Shown here: piece by piece, positions 1 to 14,972 of the stretch | Position numbering within the stretch: position 1 is the first letter of the stretch | How the letters are laid out: every line of letters begins with the position of its first letter | Origin: Octopus sinensis | Lineage: Eukaryota | Length of the DNA stretch: 64,000 bases | NCBI RefSeq assembly: GCF_006345805.1 | Contig: NW_021832267.1 | Coordinates: 13,809 to 77,808 of the forward strand | Direction: 5' to 3' | The notes under the pieces: generated by a model | Databases searched by the model: none | The model's input: the letters and a program-made list of their open reading frames with translations, nothing else | Told to the model about the DNA's origin: nothing | Position numbers and translations under genes: made by a program

Positions 1-539
1 GCATTTCTTCATTTTTCAAAGTAAAAGTAAAACTATATTGTAAATTTTATTTCCACTTCTGGGTGGAAAATTTCATAATAAAAAGTGTGAGAAATGTTGG
101 TGCTCCTTAAAGTTTGTGATGCTTTAATTATATTATCATCAATAATTACTACAGTTTTATAATTTGATAAATTCAATCACTTACACTTGAGCAAGAAATT
201 TTGTCCTTCACTTAATTAAAAATAAAAATGAAAATCACTGTGGCAATTTTTGTGTAGGCCACGACAAAAATCTCGTTCAACAAATGAACTGATTTTGGAT
301 CATCAAAGCTATTAATTTTAGTTTCGTTTGAGTCCAAGAAGCAAAACCTTGAAATTAAACTGTAAATTAAAAGGACATCCGATAAACATTGAATAGTGTC
401 AACGTGAAAAATGCAATCAGAAATATAATTTCCCGTTGTCTAAAATCGTTCAGGGGCAATTTGTTGCTCTAAATGTTCCACATTCATGTAGAGTAAAATT
501 GAAAATAAAAGACATTATGCATTATTTTAATAAGATGGA

Positions 540-735
540 AGGTGGCAAGTTGACAAGGATCGTCAGCATGCCAGGCAAAAGGCTTTGTGACATTTCGTCC
601 ATGTTTACTTTCTGAGTTTAAATTCCCTGGAGGTCGACTTTGCCTTTCATCTTTTCAGGATCGATAAAATAAGTACCAATTGAGCCGTGGGATCGATGTA
701 CTCGTCTTAGCCCTTTCCCTCAAATTGCTGTTTTT
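540..735 (+). mobile_element. tRNA-derived SINE, family A (degraded copy)
   Basis: Matches other copies in the window: head ggtggcaagttgacaaggatcgtcagc, B-box-like gagtttaaattcc, core gtcgactttgcctttcatc...gataaaataagtacc. Confidence 0.8.
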
Positions 736-1139
736 GTGCAAATTTTGCTATTAAATATCAAATATGTGGCTTGTTTTTAAGTGTACAACCGTAAAGTTTT
801 ACTTTTTGTCGGAAAGTTTGCAATAACCCTCAAACAAAAATTTCTCAGTTGCACATGTGACTTTCCTGAAATTTTACATGACTCAACTTACTGAATTCTT
901 ACATCCACCCCTATTTTGGGAACCTCCTGGCGCATACTGTAATACAATAGATGAGAAATTTTGCTGATCGTACATTTGAAATGGTCATTGCTAAAACTAA
1001 CGGATGGGCCACATGTGCATTTATATATATATATATCCATGTGTGTGTATATCTTTATGTTTTTGCTTATCCTCCACCACTGCTTGACAATTGGTGTGGG
1101 TTTGTTTATGACCCCGTAACTTACCATTTCGGCAAAAAC

Positions 1140-1245
1140 AGGTCAATGGAATAAATGCCGGGGTTGTCGACTAAACAATTTAAACTAAAGCGTTGCCCCA
1201 TCATGGCCGCAATGCAATGATTAAAGCAAGGAAAAGATAAACGAT
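1140..1245 (+). mobile_element. SINE family D, 3' fragment
   Basis: ggggttgtcgactaaa...catggccgcaatgcaatgattaaagcaaggaaaag resembles the reverse complement of 16603-16690. Confidence 0.5.
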
Positions 1246-1345
1246 TATCACTGAATTTTTTGTCTGTCATTAGACACTATTTAAGTTCCATATATATTCA
1301 AGTACATATCTGAGTTTCTTGAATTAATTTATGTCGCTTCACGTA

Positions 1346-1560
1346 AGGTGGTGCGCTGGAATAATCGTTAGCATGCCAGGCAAAATGTTTGGCGGCATTT
1401 CGTCCGTCTTTGCATTCTGGGAGCAAATTCCGCCGATGTCGACTTTGCCTTTCATCCTTGCGGAGTCGATAAAGTAAGTATCAGTTTAGCACTGAAGTCA
1501 ATGTAATCGACTAGCCCCCGTCTCCGAAATTGCTGGCCTTGTGCCAAGATTTGAAAACAA
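1346..1560 (+). mobile_element. tRNA-derived SINE, family A (full length)
   Basis: A-box-like gctggaataatcgttag, B-box-like gagcaaattcc, core gtcgactttgcctttcatcc, tail gaaattgctggccttgtgccaagatttgaaaac. Confidence 0.85.
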
Positions 1561-1945
1561 TTTATATCTCTTCACGCATCATTTACTTATAAGAAACAAC
1601 TCACTTAAGACAGGAACTATAGCTAAGATTTTAATAGAATCGTAGACAACTAGTTTTTGCATGGGAAAGCGATCAAAATCCGAACGATTCAAAGGAAAAT
1701 AATCGACTGTGTTAGTGTAATAATAAATACTTACAACATTTGGTGTTTTTATCGTTCTTTAACTTGGTCTTAGAAAATCACAGGTGCATGTGTGTGAGTG
1801 TACGATGTGTGGGAGTGTGTGTGTGTGTGTGTTTAATGTGTGTGCGAGTGTGTGTGGGGGGAGCAAGTGTGTGTGTCCGTGCAATATTGTATGTATGTAT
1901 GTATTTACTCCTTGACCTTTTACCTCTATTCTTTCTTTACTTTTT

Positions 1946-1978
1946 TTGATGAAGAACAGACGTCCGAAACGTGAAGAC
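1946..1978 (+). ncRNA. Degenerate minimal hammerhead-like motif (Penelope-type tail)
   Basis: TTGATGA-A-GAAC-agac-GTCC-GAAAC-GTG. C3 is changed to T, stem II has one mismatch and the triplet GTG is not NUH, so it is probably inactive. Confidence 0.45.
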
Positions 1979-2185
1979 TCTTTCTCTTCCTTTCAAGCGT
2001 TCACTTTATAAACCCTTGTTAAAGAACACTACACTAACAAGTAAACATCTATATATTGGAGAGCGCAGTTCCTGTCATACTAGAAGATGTGTGGATCACA
2101 TCAGAAACATCTCTGATCACATATCTGCTCTACCAGGGCTGCCTTAAGGCTAAAGACCACCAAGAACACCAACAGCAGCAGCAGT

Positions 2186-2563
2186 GGAGGCGCAATGGCC
2201 CAATGGTTAGGGCAGCAGACTCGCGGTCGGAGGATCGCGGTTTTGATTCCCTGACCGGGCGTTGTGTGTGTTTATTGAGCGAAAACACCTAAAGCTCCAC
2301 GATGCTCCGGCAGGGGATGGTGGCGACCCCTGTTGTACTCTTTCGCTCCAACTTTCTCTCACTCTTTCTTCCAGTTTCTTGTCCCCGACTTCCTACGCAA
2401 CCGCTGAGCCTGGCTGCGCATTCATCCATCCGTCGATGCTCTCGGTGTCGGGGATTGACCTGCTTTCTCTTCTGCGGGTCTTACGAATAGCAAAGGACCA
2501 CGTTTCGGCCTTCTCCCACTCTGGGACGAAGACCGCTTTGCTCAACAAGCAAACAAACAAACA
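2186..2563 (+). mobile_element. tRNA-derived SINE, family B, with (CAAA)n tail and 15-bp TSD
   Basis: A box tggcccaatgg and B box ggttttgattcc. TSD aacagcagcagcagt (2171-2185) / aacagcagtagcagt (2564-2578). The 5' ~185 bp is shared with 38079-38470. Confidence 0.9.
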
Positions 2564-3514
2564 AACAGCAGTAGCAGTAACCTCAGTAGCCGTGGCAGTA
2601 ACAGCAGCCGCGGCAGTCGCAGCAGCAGCAGCAGCAGCAGCAGCGGTAGCAGTAGTAGCAGTTGCCTCAGTAGCAGCACTAGTTAAATTGAACTGTTAAG
2701 AGTTAAGCATTTGTACTTCTACTTCATAATCATGTAGGGCAACTGTACTCCATCAGACAGAGAGTGGCTGGTTGCTATCGTGCCTCTATAACTCAAGTGC
2801 GCCAAACATATTCGTCTCTCCACATCTTGTCACCCCTTTTGCGCCTGTTCCCTTCCAATCCTGCACTAATCCCTATTTCAAACCTATCCCCCTCTGAACT
2901 TCGCTCCACTGGAATTTTCTTCCTCCTCCTCCTTTCCTTTTTCCGAGTGATGGCTTCTAAAAGTTTATATAGAATATTAGTGACATCCAGCTCACCGGTC
3001 TCGGGGTGCCACGAAATGTTATGGCCCCTGCCCTTTTCTTCCAATTGAGTAAAAACAAAAACAAACAAAATGTGCACTAAGTCTACTTAACACGAGATTT
3101 TAATCGAATATCTTATACAGCAAAGTTGATTGATAATAAGAGTTACCTATGTTACACTTTACGCTCAAGAGCCGCAACATCTATTTTTAAATTTGTATTT
3201 ACTAATACAAAAATATACCGCTTCATATGATTACTCTCACAAATCGATTGATTAATCTCTGCTTTCTTCAGTCCTTTCATTGAGTTTTCCTTCTTCAGAC
3301 TTGTAGGATTTTAAAGTTGTTTTAGATAAAACAACAATGATGCCAAATATTATTTCGGGAGTCTCACGTGGTAGCTTTGAGAATTGCATTACCTTAAACG
3401 CTCACCTTTTTAGCCTCCAGGCGATAGTTAAATGCAAAATCTCCCACCAAATCTCCTTCAGACATTCAAACCGCCGTAATTTTCCCGTTGCACACATATA
3501 AACACACACACACA

Positions 3515-3665
3515 TGACGGGGCCCTTCCCATTTCCGTTTACCAAATCTATTCAAAAGCTTTGATCGACCCAAAGCTATAGTAGAAGTAACTTGCCCAGT
3601 GCTACGCAATGGGATTGAACTCAGAACCATGTGGTTGCGAAGCAACCTTTGTGCCGCACAGCTAC
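3515..3665 (-). mobile_element. SINE family D, 5' part
   Basis: Similar to 16810-16960 (ctatagtagaag..acttgccc..gtgctacgca.tggga.tgaac...ccatgtggtt). Confidence 0.7.
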
Positions 3666-3698
3666 TTCTATATATACACAGCTACTTCTATATATACA

Positions 3699-4661
3699 CA
3701 GTGGGGGGGGGGGGATAAATATTCGTGCATGTCAAAATTCTTTATTTACCTAATTTCTAAAGACCATAAAAGGGATATACCAATACTATATTTGCATACA
3801 CATGCATAAACTAAGAATATGCAAAAGAAACTAATAAATTATAGTAACTAAGGAATTTATATACAATCATAAATATTCAGGGGTGAAAATAGTATTCGTA
3901 CAGAACATAAATATCTGATAATTCTGATTTAATACTTCATAGCATAACCATTATTCAGTTCCACTTCAACCAATCTCTTCTTGTAGTTCTTAATCAATGA
4001 CTCGCGTGTTTCTTTAGGACATTTTTCCCATTATTTTTGACAAATTTTCTCCAAATCTGCAATGCGCGTTGGGGCTCTTGAATGAATTTTAATTTTCAAA
4101 TAACACCACAAATTTCAATGGGATTCAAGTCAGGTGACTGGCTTAGCCATTCTAATAATTTTATATTGTGATCGACAATCCATTTTTTTGGTAGCCTTCG
4201 CCGTAAAACCCACCCTTCACAAAGCTGGAGATTTTCTACAGAGGCCCATGAATTATTGTTCAAAATATTTTGGTACATTTCTGCATTCACTCTACCATCT
4301 ATCACATGTAAGTTGTCAGTACTATTTGCAGAGAAACACCCCCACACCATGATGTTGCCACCTCCAAACTTTATGGTGGGAATAGTGTTTTTCGGCGAAT
4401 AGGCAGTACCATCTTTCATCCAAACATGGCAACGCGAATTTTGTCCAAACAATTCAATTTTCGACTGTACAAGTACTTCCACCCCCCCCCAATATTTATG
4501 ATTGTATATAAACTCCTTAGTTACTATAATATATTATTTTCTTTTGCATATTCTTAGTTTATGCATGTGTATGCATATATAGTATTAGTATATCCCTTTT
4601 ATGTTCATTAGAAATTAAATAAAGAATTTTGACATGTACGAATATTTATTTCCCACCACTG
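3699..4661 (-). mobile_element. Internally deleted Tc1-family DNA transposon with ~200-bp TIRs
   Basis: TIRs 3699-3903 and 4465-4661 (CAGTGG...), with TA after the right end. Internal ORF carries Tc1 motifs. Confidence 0.93.
4096..4482 (-). pseudogene. Tc1-like DDE transposase fragment
   Basis: SKIELFG, PTIKFGGGNIMVWGCFS and WLSQSPDLNPIE are Tc1 transposase motifs. The N-terminus and the second catalytic Asp region are missing. Confidence 0.92.
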
Positions 4662-6006
4662 TATGTATATATATGTGTGTGTGTGCGTGTGTGTGTATGT
4701 ATATGTATATTCCATTGTGTCTGGGGAGAGTCATTTTCCTTTTGTGCCTTATTATGTAACACACTCACCGGTAGAGGGAACGCAGTGTATATAACGGACA
4801 GAGTCAAAACTATTGAAAAGGTTGCAAGACGCAACGAAAATTTTAGGACAATAAAAGTAAGAAAAATGTGGAAATTTTACCGGTGAGTGTATTACATAAT
4901 AAGGCACAAAAAGAAAATGACTCTCCCCAGACACAAGAGAATATGCTTCAACACACGAACTCATATAAAGAATCTTGCAAACCAAATCCAAAAACGAAAT
5001 GTACATATTATATACATATATATTATATATATATATTATATATATAATATTAGTATGCTATATATAACGTACACATTATATAACATATTACTAGACATTT
5101 CAAGATACACTATAGTTAAATAAGATACCACGATGGTCAAGGATTGGACACCGGTTACCATAGGTCTTTTCTATTAGATATGAATTACGATATAAAACAA
5201 ATATAGAAATTTTATTGACATAATTTTCGTTACATGTGTCCTATAATAATCATTTCAATATATATTCAAAGTTACATATTTAAGTCAATTTTTAACATTC
5301 CTACTTATATATATTTGTAGTTTTTATTTTACTTTACTCTTTTTTTTATTTTATATATTCACCTAGTTTCTTATCTCTTTTTTTTAACCTAGATTTCTAA
5401 TTTATTTTTTATATTTTTTCGAGACACCATTTTGTCTAATTAATGATCAGGGTGAATGATGAGTGGCTAACATCAGAGCACGCGTCGTACATCCATTTAT
5501 AATACACAACATTACTGGGATATGGGGCCGCCTCGGGACATTTTCGTTTCTAAAAAAACGTGTTTCTTTGAATGAAAGCTTGTTAACAACAAAATTTACG
5601 TGCATAAGTGTGTGTGTGTGTGTGTGTGCGTGCTTGTGTATATGTGTCTGTGTGTCTGTATGTGTACTAATGCACACATATACATATGCATACATACACA
5701 CTAAGACGCTCCCACCCACTCGTCTTCCACTGACCCATCCTCCTACAAACACATACACATATGCACGCACACATACACATGCACATACACACGCACACAC
5801 TTTAACAAACACACACACATACATATGCACGCACACGTATATATGTAAAGATAGAGCGACACAGGAGACAGATAGGCTTATAAGCAGCAAACTGGCAGAG
5901 TTGACAGAGCGCAGGATGGAATGCCCAAGAAAGGCTGTATATCAGGACGGCACCCCTGCGACTCTCGACAGACTCAGGCATAAGAAAGAAGGAAAGTATG
6001 TGTAGA

Positions 6007-6345
<339 letters not shown>

Positions 6346-6365
6346 TATTCTACTGCAACTGGCAG

Positions 6366-8605
6366 CAAACCCGGAGTATCCCCAGTTTTGTGAGCCGAGG
6401 AGCGGTCACCCTGCTAAAGAGAGACCCAAACAAGGGGGACATTATAGATAATTTGCGGTCCATCACTTTGCTCGACGCAGATTTGAAGATTTTGGCTAAG
6501 GTACTAGCCGTGAGGTTGGCGCTTGTCATCGAGAAACTAGTCGACAAGGCGCAAACGTGCGCCGTACCAAGCAGAAGTTTCCATGACAACCTCCATCTGA
6601 TGCGCTACATCATAGACAGATTAGTTAAGGAACCTGACATGGGTGGGGCACAGATCAATTTGGATCAATCGAAAGCTTTCGATAGGGTCGATCAGCGTTA
6701 TTTGGAGGCTGTCCTTAGGGCGGCTAGTTTCGGTCCCGTCTTCCGTAGTTGGATCACTGCTTTATACAGCGGCATCCGCTCGGTAGTTTGCTTACATGGT
6801 CATCTATCTAGACCATTTAAAATCACGCGTTCAGTCCATCAAGGATGCCCCCACTCGTCGTTTCAGTATGTATTGACTCTAAAGCAACTACTGCGGAAGC
6901 AGGCGAAGCTTAGGGGCATCCCGCGAGAATTGGGATGCGGGAGGAGCGTGTCTGCATGCTCGGACGATGTCACCGTCATAGTATTGAGTCACAAGCATTT
7001 CGACCTGGTCGACGAGACACCAAAAGAATACGAAGCGGTTATGGGAGCAAAAACTAACCGGGAAAAGTCAGTGGGTTTGCAGCTCAGCACCTGGAGAAGC
7101 AAACCTATGCCGTCCAATAGCGTAACCATCGTGGGACACTGGACCGGTTAAATTGACGGGGTTTGGTTCGGTCCGGGACGAGATAACGAGTAGGGTGAGC
7201 ACTCTCACCCAGCAATGGGCCGAGAGGAAGCTATGTCTAAAAGGTCAGGTTGAGTGGCGGATGCGTACATCACCTCCATCATCTACTACTCTTTGACTGT
7301 CGTGCCTTGCCCCGACCCTACCATCACAAAACTAAAATGCTTACTCTTCCGCTTTTTGTGGAAGGGAAGCGTTCCGATGGTCAGGTAATCTATATGCTGC
7401 CAACATCCGCTAAGTGGAGGGCTGGGCATGCTGTAGTAAATGATGCGTAGACACGCGCTGAGACTGCGACATCTCCAGCGTTTCATAGACGACGATGAAC
7501 AGGTGTGGTCGCCGTTTGTGAGACGCGCTTTCCTGCAGCTCCTCTCTTTCACTGAAATGCAATCGTGGATCAAAGAAAGACCGAGGCTGGGCGAATAGTA
7601 GCGCGAGTGTTGCCATGCTCTCCAGTAAGTCTGCAATCCAGGATTAAACTAGTGCGACTTCAATTTCCAGAAGGCGTTCTATAGCGGATTAGTAGAGGGG
7701 GAGGTGCGACGACGGTCTTGGGGAGACCCTGGGCGTCAACGAGTAATATCTAGCCCGCCTCATCAGGACCACTTTCGGGTCGGGACCTATGGACAATTTC
7801 CAGAGATCCCTGACCTGGCCTGACAGTGCTATCGGGATGCCATGCTCGTTCGGGATAAGCTCTACAAGCACGGTTCAAGATACACCGGACCGAATTGCCT
7901 GAGATGCGGTCAGAGCAACGAAACTGTTCTGCGCGCACTCGTGCAATGTCCAAACATTTCAGACCTGTGGGTTTATGTCGAACGGCTGCTGTCACGTGTG
8001 GGACGAACTCGGTTGTCGGCCGAGTCTATCGTGAATATTGCCCCACCACATTCCTTTAACAGAGAAGGCAAGACAGTTTTCATTGTACTGGTGGCTATGG
8101 TGAAAGAATGTGTGTTGTGGGCTCATGTGACATGTTTAGAGACAAACACTTTCCTCTCTGGTCAACTTCTCATCAATTTCCTCAAGTATCACTTGAAGAA
8201 GGTGGCAATAGAGAAGGAAGTTTTGTTAAATGAAAGGTTCGACAAAAGGTGGGTGAATGTGGCAAGGATGGTACAAATATATGACGAAAATACCTTGAGC
8301 ACGATCTTATAAAGCAGACAGAGAAAGAGTGCTTTGTTTCCATGTTAATGTTTTGCTTTTTCGTTTCCGAGGTTACCGTTCTTTTTCGTAGGTTTTTCTT
8401 TCCACGGATAAACCTAGTTAATGTTACATTGCCTCCCGCCATTGGGAACTCTATTTGTTAACAAAGATTTTTGTGTTATTTCCCTGTTTTTCACGTCCAA
8501 AAAAAAAAAGAAGGTTTTTCGCTCCCTTGTGATCGATTTCGAAAAACAAAAATTCTATAATGTATTGTCCCTTCTGTGTTCGGCCCTGAGTGGTTAATAA
8601 AGAGA

Positions 8606-8606
<1 letters not shown>
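6366..8606 (+). mobile_element. 5'-truncated, frameshifted Tx1/L1-clade non-LTR retrotransposon
   Basis: RT motifs RSITLLDADLKILAKVLA, NLDQSKAFDRVD, SVHQGCP and SDDVTV (ORF 6303-7151); C-terminal zinc-binding CLRCGQSNETVLRALVQC (ORF 7842-8312); AATAAA at 8596-8601 followed by (CTAT)n. Confidence 0.92.
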
Positions 8607-9230
<624 letters not shown>

Positions 9231-10199
9231 CATAATATATACATGCATACATGCATACACACATACATACACACACACAAATATATATTCGCCTGTGTGT
9301 GTGTGTACATGTTTCTGCGTTGTTTCGTATACGGTTGTGACCTAGTTATATCTTTCTATCGAGTTATTGAGATTCCCGCCACTTTTTTCCCAAATTCCAT
9401 GAGTTCCTTGCAGTTTCGATGATTAACATTCCTTATCCCATCGCTTACGTATCTAAGTCACATCTTACTTTAATACTATTCTAACCAAACATTAAATTTA
9501 AAGCGCTTCTTTTCAATAACTGTTCTCATGTAAACACTAGCACTAACTACTATGAGTAGTGTGATTCACAATTACGATTACAAACGTGAAAATTGTAATC
9601 TTACATCACTATAACTGTTAATCTTCTGTCAGTTCACGATAGATTTACTAAGATTAATATATATATCGCATAGAATAAAAACGAAACGCGAGTGGACAAC
9701 ACATCTCTACTCTACAGAATTCTACACAAATGTAGGCCAATAATGATGGAAGAATTTCTGATAGTACAGTACAATGCTAAAATAAACAAATTTTCGACTA
9801 TAAAGAAACAGCGACACACGCCAAAATGACTTTGCCCTAAAGATAAGATTGTGAAAGTCTAAATAACTTGGTGGTGGGTTTAGGATCCATATTATTCCAA
9901 GAAAGCTACAAGGAACTCTTAAGAAACTAAGCTATTTTGGAATCTGAAACTCACTTACTGAAAACCACAAATTTATAAAAGCTGTATGAGCAATTTTATA
10001 ATGTTTTCGGTAACCAAGTGTATCATATACAAATAAATGAGAAGAGTTCTTCAATATAAGAGGTCAACATAGAGAAATAGCAACCATTATTATGTCGATA
10101 TAGAGAATTATATGGAGAAACCTGATAGGTTTCAGATACTAGAAGAGATGTTAAAAAGACTCTAGCAGATACTTTTCAAAATCGTGTCGAACAGTGGGT

Positions 10200-10650
10200 A
10201 GCCACCTAAAAAAATATTGAAAAGAAATATATCCCTTTTCCATAAGAAAGGAAATAGAAACGGAGCTAGAAATTACAGGTATATCCGGGGCTTCATATGT
10301 CAGCTAAGTAATTGAAGAAATTATTACAGGTGAGGACAATTATTTAATGACTAGCAATTTGCTCTTTAAACAACGCCTGCGCCATTACGAATGATCATTG
10401 AAGCAATTACTCGGTTGTTAAGATATGAATGTGGTACATTTTGTCTTCAGGAAAGATTTTGACGATGTTGACTTTAGAATGATGTCCAAGAAACTAGGCG
10501 ATATTGGAATTATTAAAAGAACTAAGAGAGTATTTGCATGGATTTTAAAAAGAAGTTAAGCGGTTGCAGCCAACGATACTCTTTCAAAGATTATAATAAT
10601 AATTAGTAGACTCTTCCAAGGAACTATCTGGGAAACTAAATGTTTGTACT
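10200..10650 (+). mobile_element. Ancient, heavily degraded CR1-like LINE RT remnant
   Basis: Manual translation gives ISLFHKKGNRNGARNYR (cf. PIFKKG...NYRP), VVHFVFRKDFDDVD (cf. LDFxKAFD) and SRLFQGTIW (cf. SGVPQGSVL) in the expected order. Confidence 0.55.
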
Positions 10651-10654
10651 CTCC

Positions 10655-10691
<37 letters not shown>

Positions 10692-11068
10692 GCTTTCAGT
10701 CATACGAACTAATTAAATCGTTAGTTATGCAAAGGATAGGAAAATATCAAAAGCAATCAAGAACCACAATGGGGTCAGAACCCCTCCCAACCTTCGCAAA
10801 GACGTCAGTACACCGAACAAATGGTTCAAGATAGAAATGTACAGTGAACGTATCCAAAAGAATAATGAAAATTTTGCTACCGAAGATCACAGATGACAAG
10901 TAGCCCAGTTTTATCATTCTATCTCAATGACAATAAGATCAACTACAGAAAGTTGTAGCAACATCGGCAATATTGCTGGTGTTGCCACCAAATGGCCGCA
11001 AGCATCAGGCTAAAAGTACTAATATAGCAAATGAATAAAAGAACATCTTTCAGTCTATGTATATATGC

Positions 11069-11101
<33 letters not shown>

Positions 11102-11801
11102 TGTATGTATGTATGTATGTATGTATGTATGTATGTATGTATGCATGTATCTTTCTATCTTTCTATCTGTCTGTCGATCGATCGATCCACTTATCAATAT
11201 ATTTATGTTTGTGTGCGTGTGTGTACGCGAGTGTGTCTTAGTGCGTGGGATGTGAGTGTTATGTGTGTATATGTGCGTGTGTACGTGCACGTGGGTGTCT
11301 GTGCAAACAGCAAATAACACAAAAGACAATAGCAACCTCCCTCTCTCACCAAAAGTTACAGGCACACATACATATCAACCATCACATCCATATATACACG
11401 CCCACGCACACCCGACACACTCACACAAAAACACACAGAACCACACACACACATTCATACATGTTCATACACACCCACTAATACGCACACACACACGTCT
11501 TACATACACTCACACACACACACGTCATACATACACTCACACACACACACACACACACACACACAAAGACACTCATACATACGAGACGACTGAACAAAAA
11601 CTTCGCCTGAATGTAAAAGAGACTAACAAGTTCGTTAAAGCGATCGAAAATAGAATTAAATTTAAGTGAAGTTTTCGCGTCTGGAATATGTTTACAATTA
11701 ATTAGATTGTTACGATAACAGTACAGGGTAAACATTGCCTATATTAATGTAGGTCAACATGTGTATACTCACTTGCCCCCATCTCACTATACAACTTATT
11801 C

Positions 11802-11873
<72 letters not shown>

Positions 11874-12004
11874 TACACGAATATTTGTAATTGCACACAC
11901 ACACACACATATATATATATACACGTAAATGTATCTAAATATATCTACATAAATATGTGCATATATATGTGTGTACGTGTGTGTGTATACTTATGTATGT
12001 ATGC

Positions 12005-12046
<42 letters not shown>

Positions 12047-12137
12047 ATTAGCTGGACTCGTATACATACCCATTATTTTATTATTTTTATCTGGCCGCTA
12101 GTATATACAAAAAACACGCACATTCATATGTATACAT

Positions 12138-12194
<57 letters not shown>

Positions 12195-12212
12195 CACATA
12201 TATATATATATA

Positions 12213-12288
<76 letters not shown>

Positions 12289-12547
12289 ATATATAAATAC
12301 ACATATATATATATATAAATATACATATATATATATATATATAATATATATATATATTATATATATAATATATATATATATATATAATATATATATATAT
12401 ATATACATACATACATGCATACACATATATACATACATAAACAACCACACACACATATAAAGTATAAATAGTTAGCTAGCTAGCAAGATAGTTAGATAGA
12501 CAGACAGATAGGCAGACAGACAAACAGTGAGACAGACAGACAGACAT

Positions 12548-12600
<53 letters not shown>

Positions 12601-12606
12601 GATAGG

Positions 12607-12676
<70 letters not shown>

Positions 12677-13122
12677 AACCATATAGATAAACACGATATA
12701 GATATCTACATATAGACAAGACAGATATATAGATAAATATGATATAATGAAATACACGTACACTCACGTGCGTATGTATGTAGGTGTCTATGTGTGTTTT
12801 TGTACTTCATTAGCATTCAAACTCCGACTAATATATGTACAGGCAAACATACACATTAATCTATATTTCAATATATATTCACACAGCAAGCATACGTACA
12901 TACACTTGAGCTAATGAAAGTCAAAACACTAGGAGATTTAGCGAACTTATTTTTCATTGGTTTCTCAGTCTATGTATCTAATCGTATATATATATATATA
13001 TATTATATATATATATATATATATAATATAAGAATATATATATATATACAATATATATGTTTTCTCTCTCTCTCTTTCTTTCTCTCTCTCTCCCTCTCTC
13101 TCTCTCTTCTTCTCTATTTTTC

Positions 13123-13158
13123 CTTTCTGTCGAAGAACGTTCGCTTGAAACGTCAAAG
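13123..13158 (+). ncRNA. Hammerhead-like motif of repeat family F (degenerate)
   Basis: cttt-CTGTCGA-A-gaac-gttc-gctt-GAAAC-GTC-aaag: 4-bp stem I, ACGT palindrome, GTC triplet, but A6 is replaced by T and stem II is imperfect. Confidence 0.5.
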
Positions 13159-13219
13159 ACTTTTCCATTGTTCCTGACCGTCATACACGCACGCGCGCGC
13201 ACGCACATATATGTGTGTT

Positions 13220-13250
<31 letters not shown>

Positions 13251-13354
13251 GCACACACACAAGACAAGGTATGAATAATGGTTATTATATGTTTTTATTT
13301 ATTGCAGTAAATTTCCCGCATATACTTACATACACACATACATATATATATTTA

Positions 13355-13407
<53 letters not shown>

Positions 13408-13476
13408 TTTAAAATATACTTAAAAATGGGGTTCTGCTAATTGCAATACACAACTAAATATCAGGTTCAGATAATG

Positions 13477-13601
<125 letters not shown>

Positions 13602-13607
13602 TAATAT

Positions 13608-14450
13608 CCCTCCACGGTAAATACTGGACTAAAACTAAATGCAAAAGAAATAGACAAAGAAAAATCCCAGCAATGTTTGAGAAGCTCAGGACTCAAAGCA
13701 GAGACAGAGGGATTTTTAATTGCAGCACAAGACCAAAGCCTCCCCACCAGAAATTACCAAAAACAGGTAATGAAAAGAAATATAACAAGTAACTGCAGAA
13801 TATGTGGAGATGGACAAGAAACAATAAATCATATTATCTCTGGCTGCCCAGTCCTGGCTAAGAAGAAATATATTCACAGACATGACAGAGCTGGAACCTA
13901 CATACACTGGAAGCTATGCCAACATTATGGAATAACAACAGAAAAAAGATGGTATAGGCACACACCAGAAAAGGTCACAGAAAACGAGAAAGCAACCATA
14001 CTCTGGGATATGCCGATACACACAGATAGAGAAATTAAGGCCAACAGACCAGATATAGTTGTCAGAGATCATGAAGGAAAAAAATGCTTTCTAATTGATG
14101 TGTCAATACCGGCAGATGACAACGTGTCTCTAAAAGAAATGGAGAAACTTTCAAAATGCAAAGACCTGGAAATTGGTAACCAGAATGTGGAATCTAAAAC
14201 AAAAACAGAAACAATTCCTATCATAGTAGGTGCATTAGGCATGATAAAAAAATATTCAGACAAATACATAACAAAAACACCAGGACTTACAAACACATAT
14301 AACATACAGAAAATTGCACTACAGGCACTGCACACATCCTACGCAGAACACTATCAGGCATCACAAAAAATCACAGCACACATACCCAAGGCACACAGAG
14401 CTGCGCTCGGTAGTGAGTGAAAGCACGCTATAAAAATAAAACTACTGAAT
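13608..14450 (+). mobile_element. 5'-truncated R4/Dong-clade (RLE) non-LTR retrotransposon
   Basis: ORF 13677-14420: LKAETEGFLIAAQDQ, CCHC finger CRICGDGQETINHIISGC, RHD, ILWDMPIHTD, NRPDIVV...FLIDVS...EKLSK (PD-D/ExK nuclease). Flanked by (TAA)n, the established target of Dong-type elements. Confidence 0.92.
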
Positions 14451-14602
14451 ACTATAATAATAATCATAATAATAATAATAATAATATAATAATAATAATA
14501 ATAACAATAATAATAATAATAATAATAATAACGATAACGATAATAATAATAATAATAATAAAATGATAATATAATAATAATAATAAAATAATAACGATAA
14601 CG

Positions 14603-14655
<53 letters not shown>

Positions 14656-14709
14656 GATAACGATAATAATAATAATAAAATAATGATAATAATAATAATA
14701 TAATAATAA

Positions 14710-14893
14710 ACACCAGGACTTACACACATATAACATACAGAAAATTGCACTATAGGCACTGCACACGTCCTACGCACAACTTTCCATACACATACACCAT
14801 CAGAGCATCACAACAAATCACAGCACATACCCAGGCACACAGAGCTGCGCTCGGTAGTGAAGTGAAAGCGCTCCTATAAAAAATAAAACTGCT

Positions 14894-14898
<5 letters not shown>
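14710..14898 (+). mobile_element. Second 3' fragment of the same R4/Dong family
   Basis: Similar to 14279-14450 but with independent indels; flanked by TAA. Confidence 0.85.
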
Positions 14899-14948
<50 letters not shown>

Positions 14949-14972
14949 TAATAATAATAATAATAATAATAA

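Noticed and set aside
2186-2260. tRNA genes at SINE heads (also 38079 and 50706)
   Set aside because: A/B boxes are present but there is no complete cloverleaf, and each continues into a repeated SINE body.
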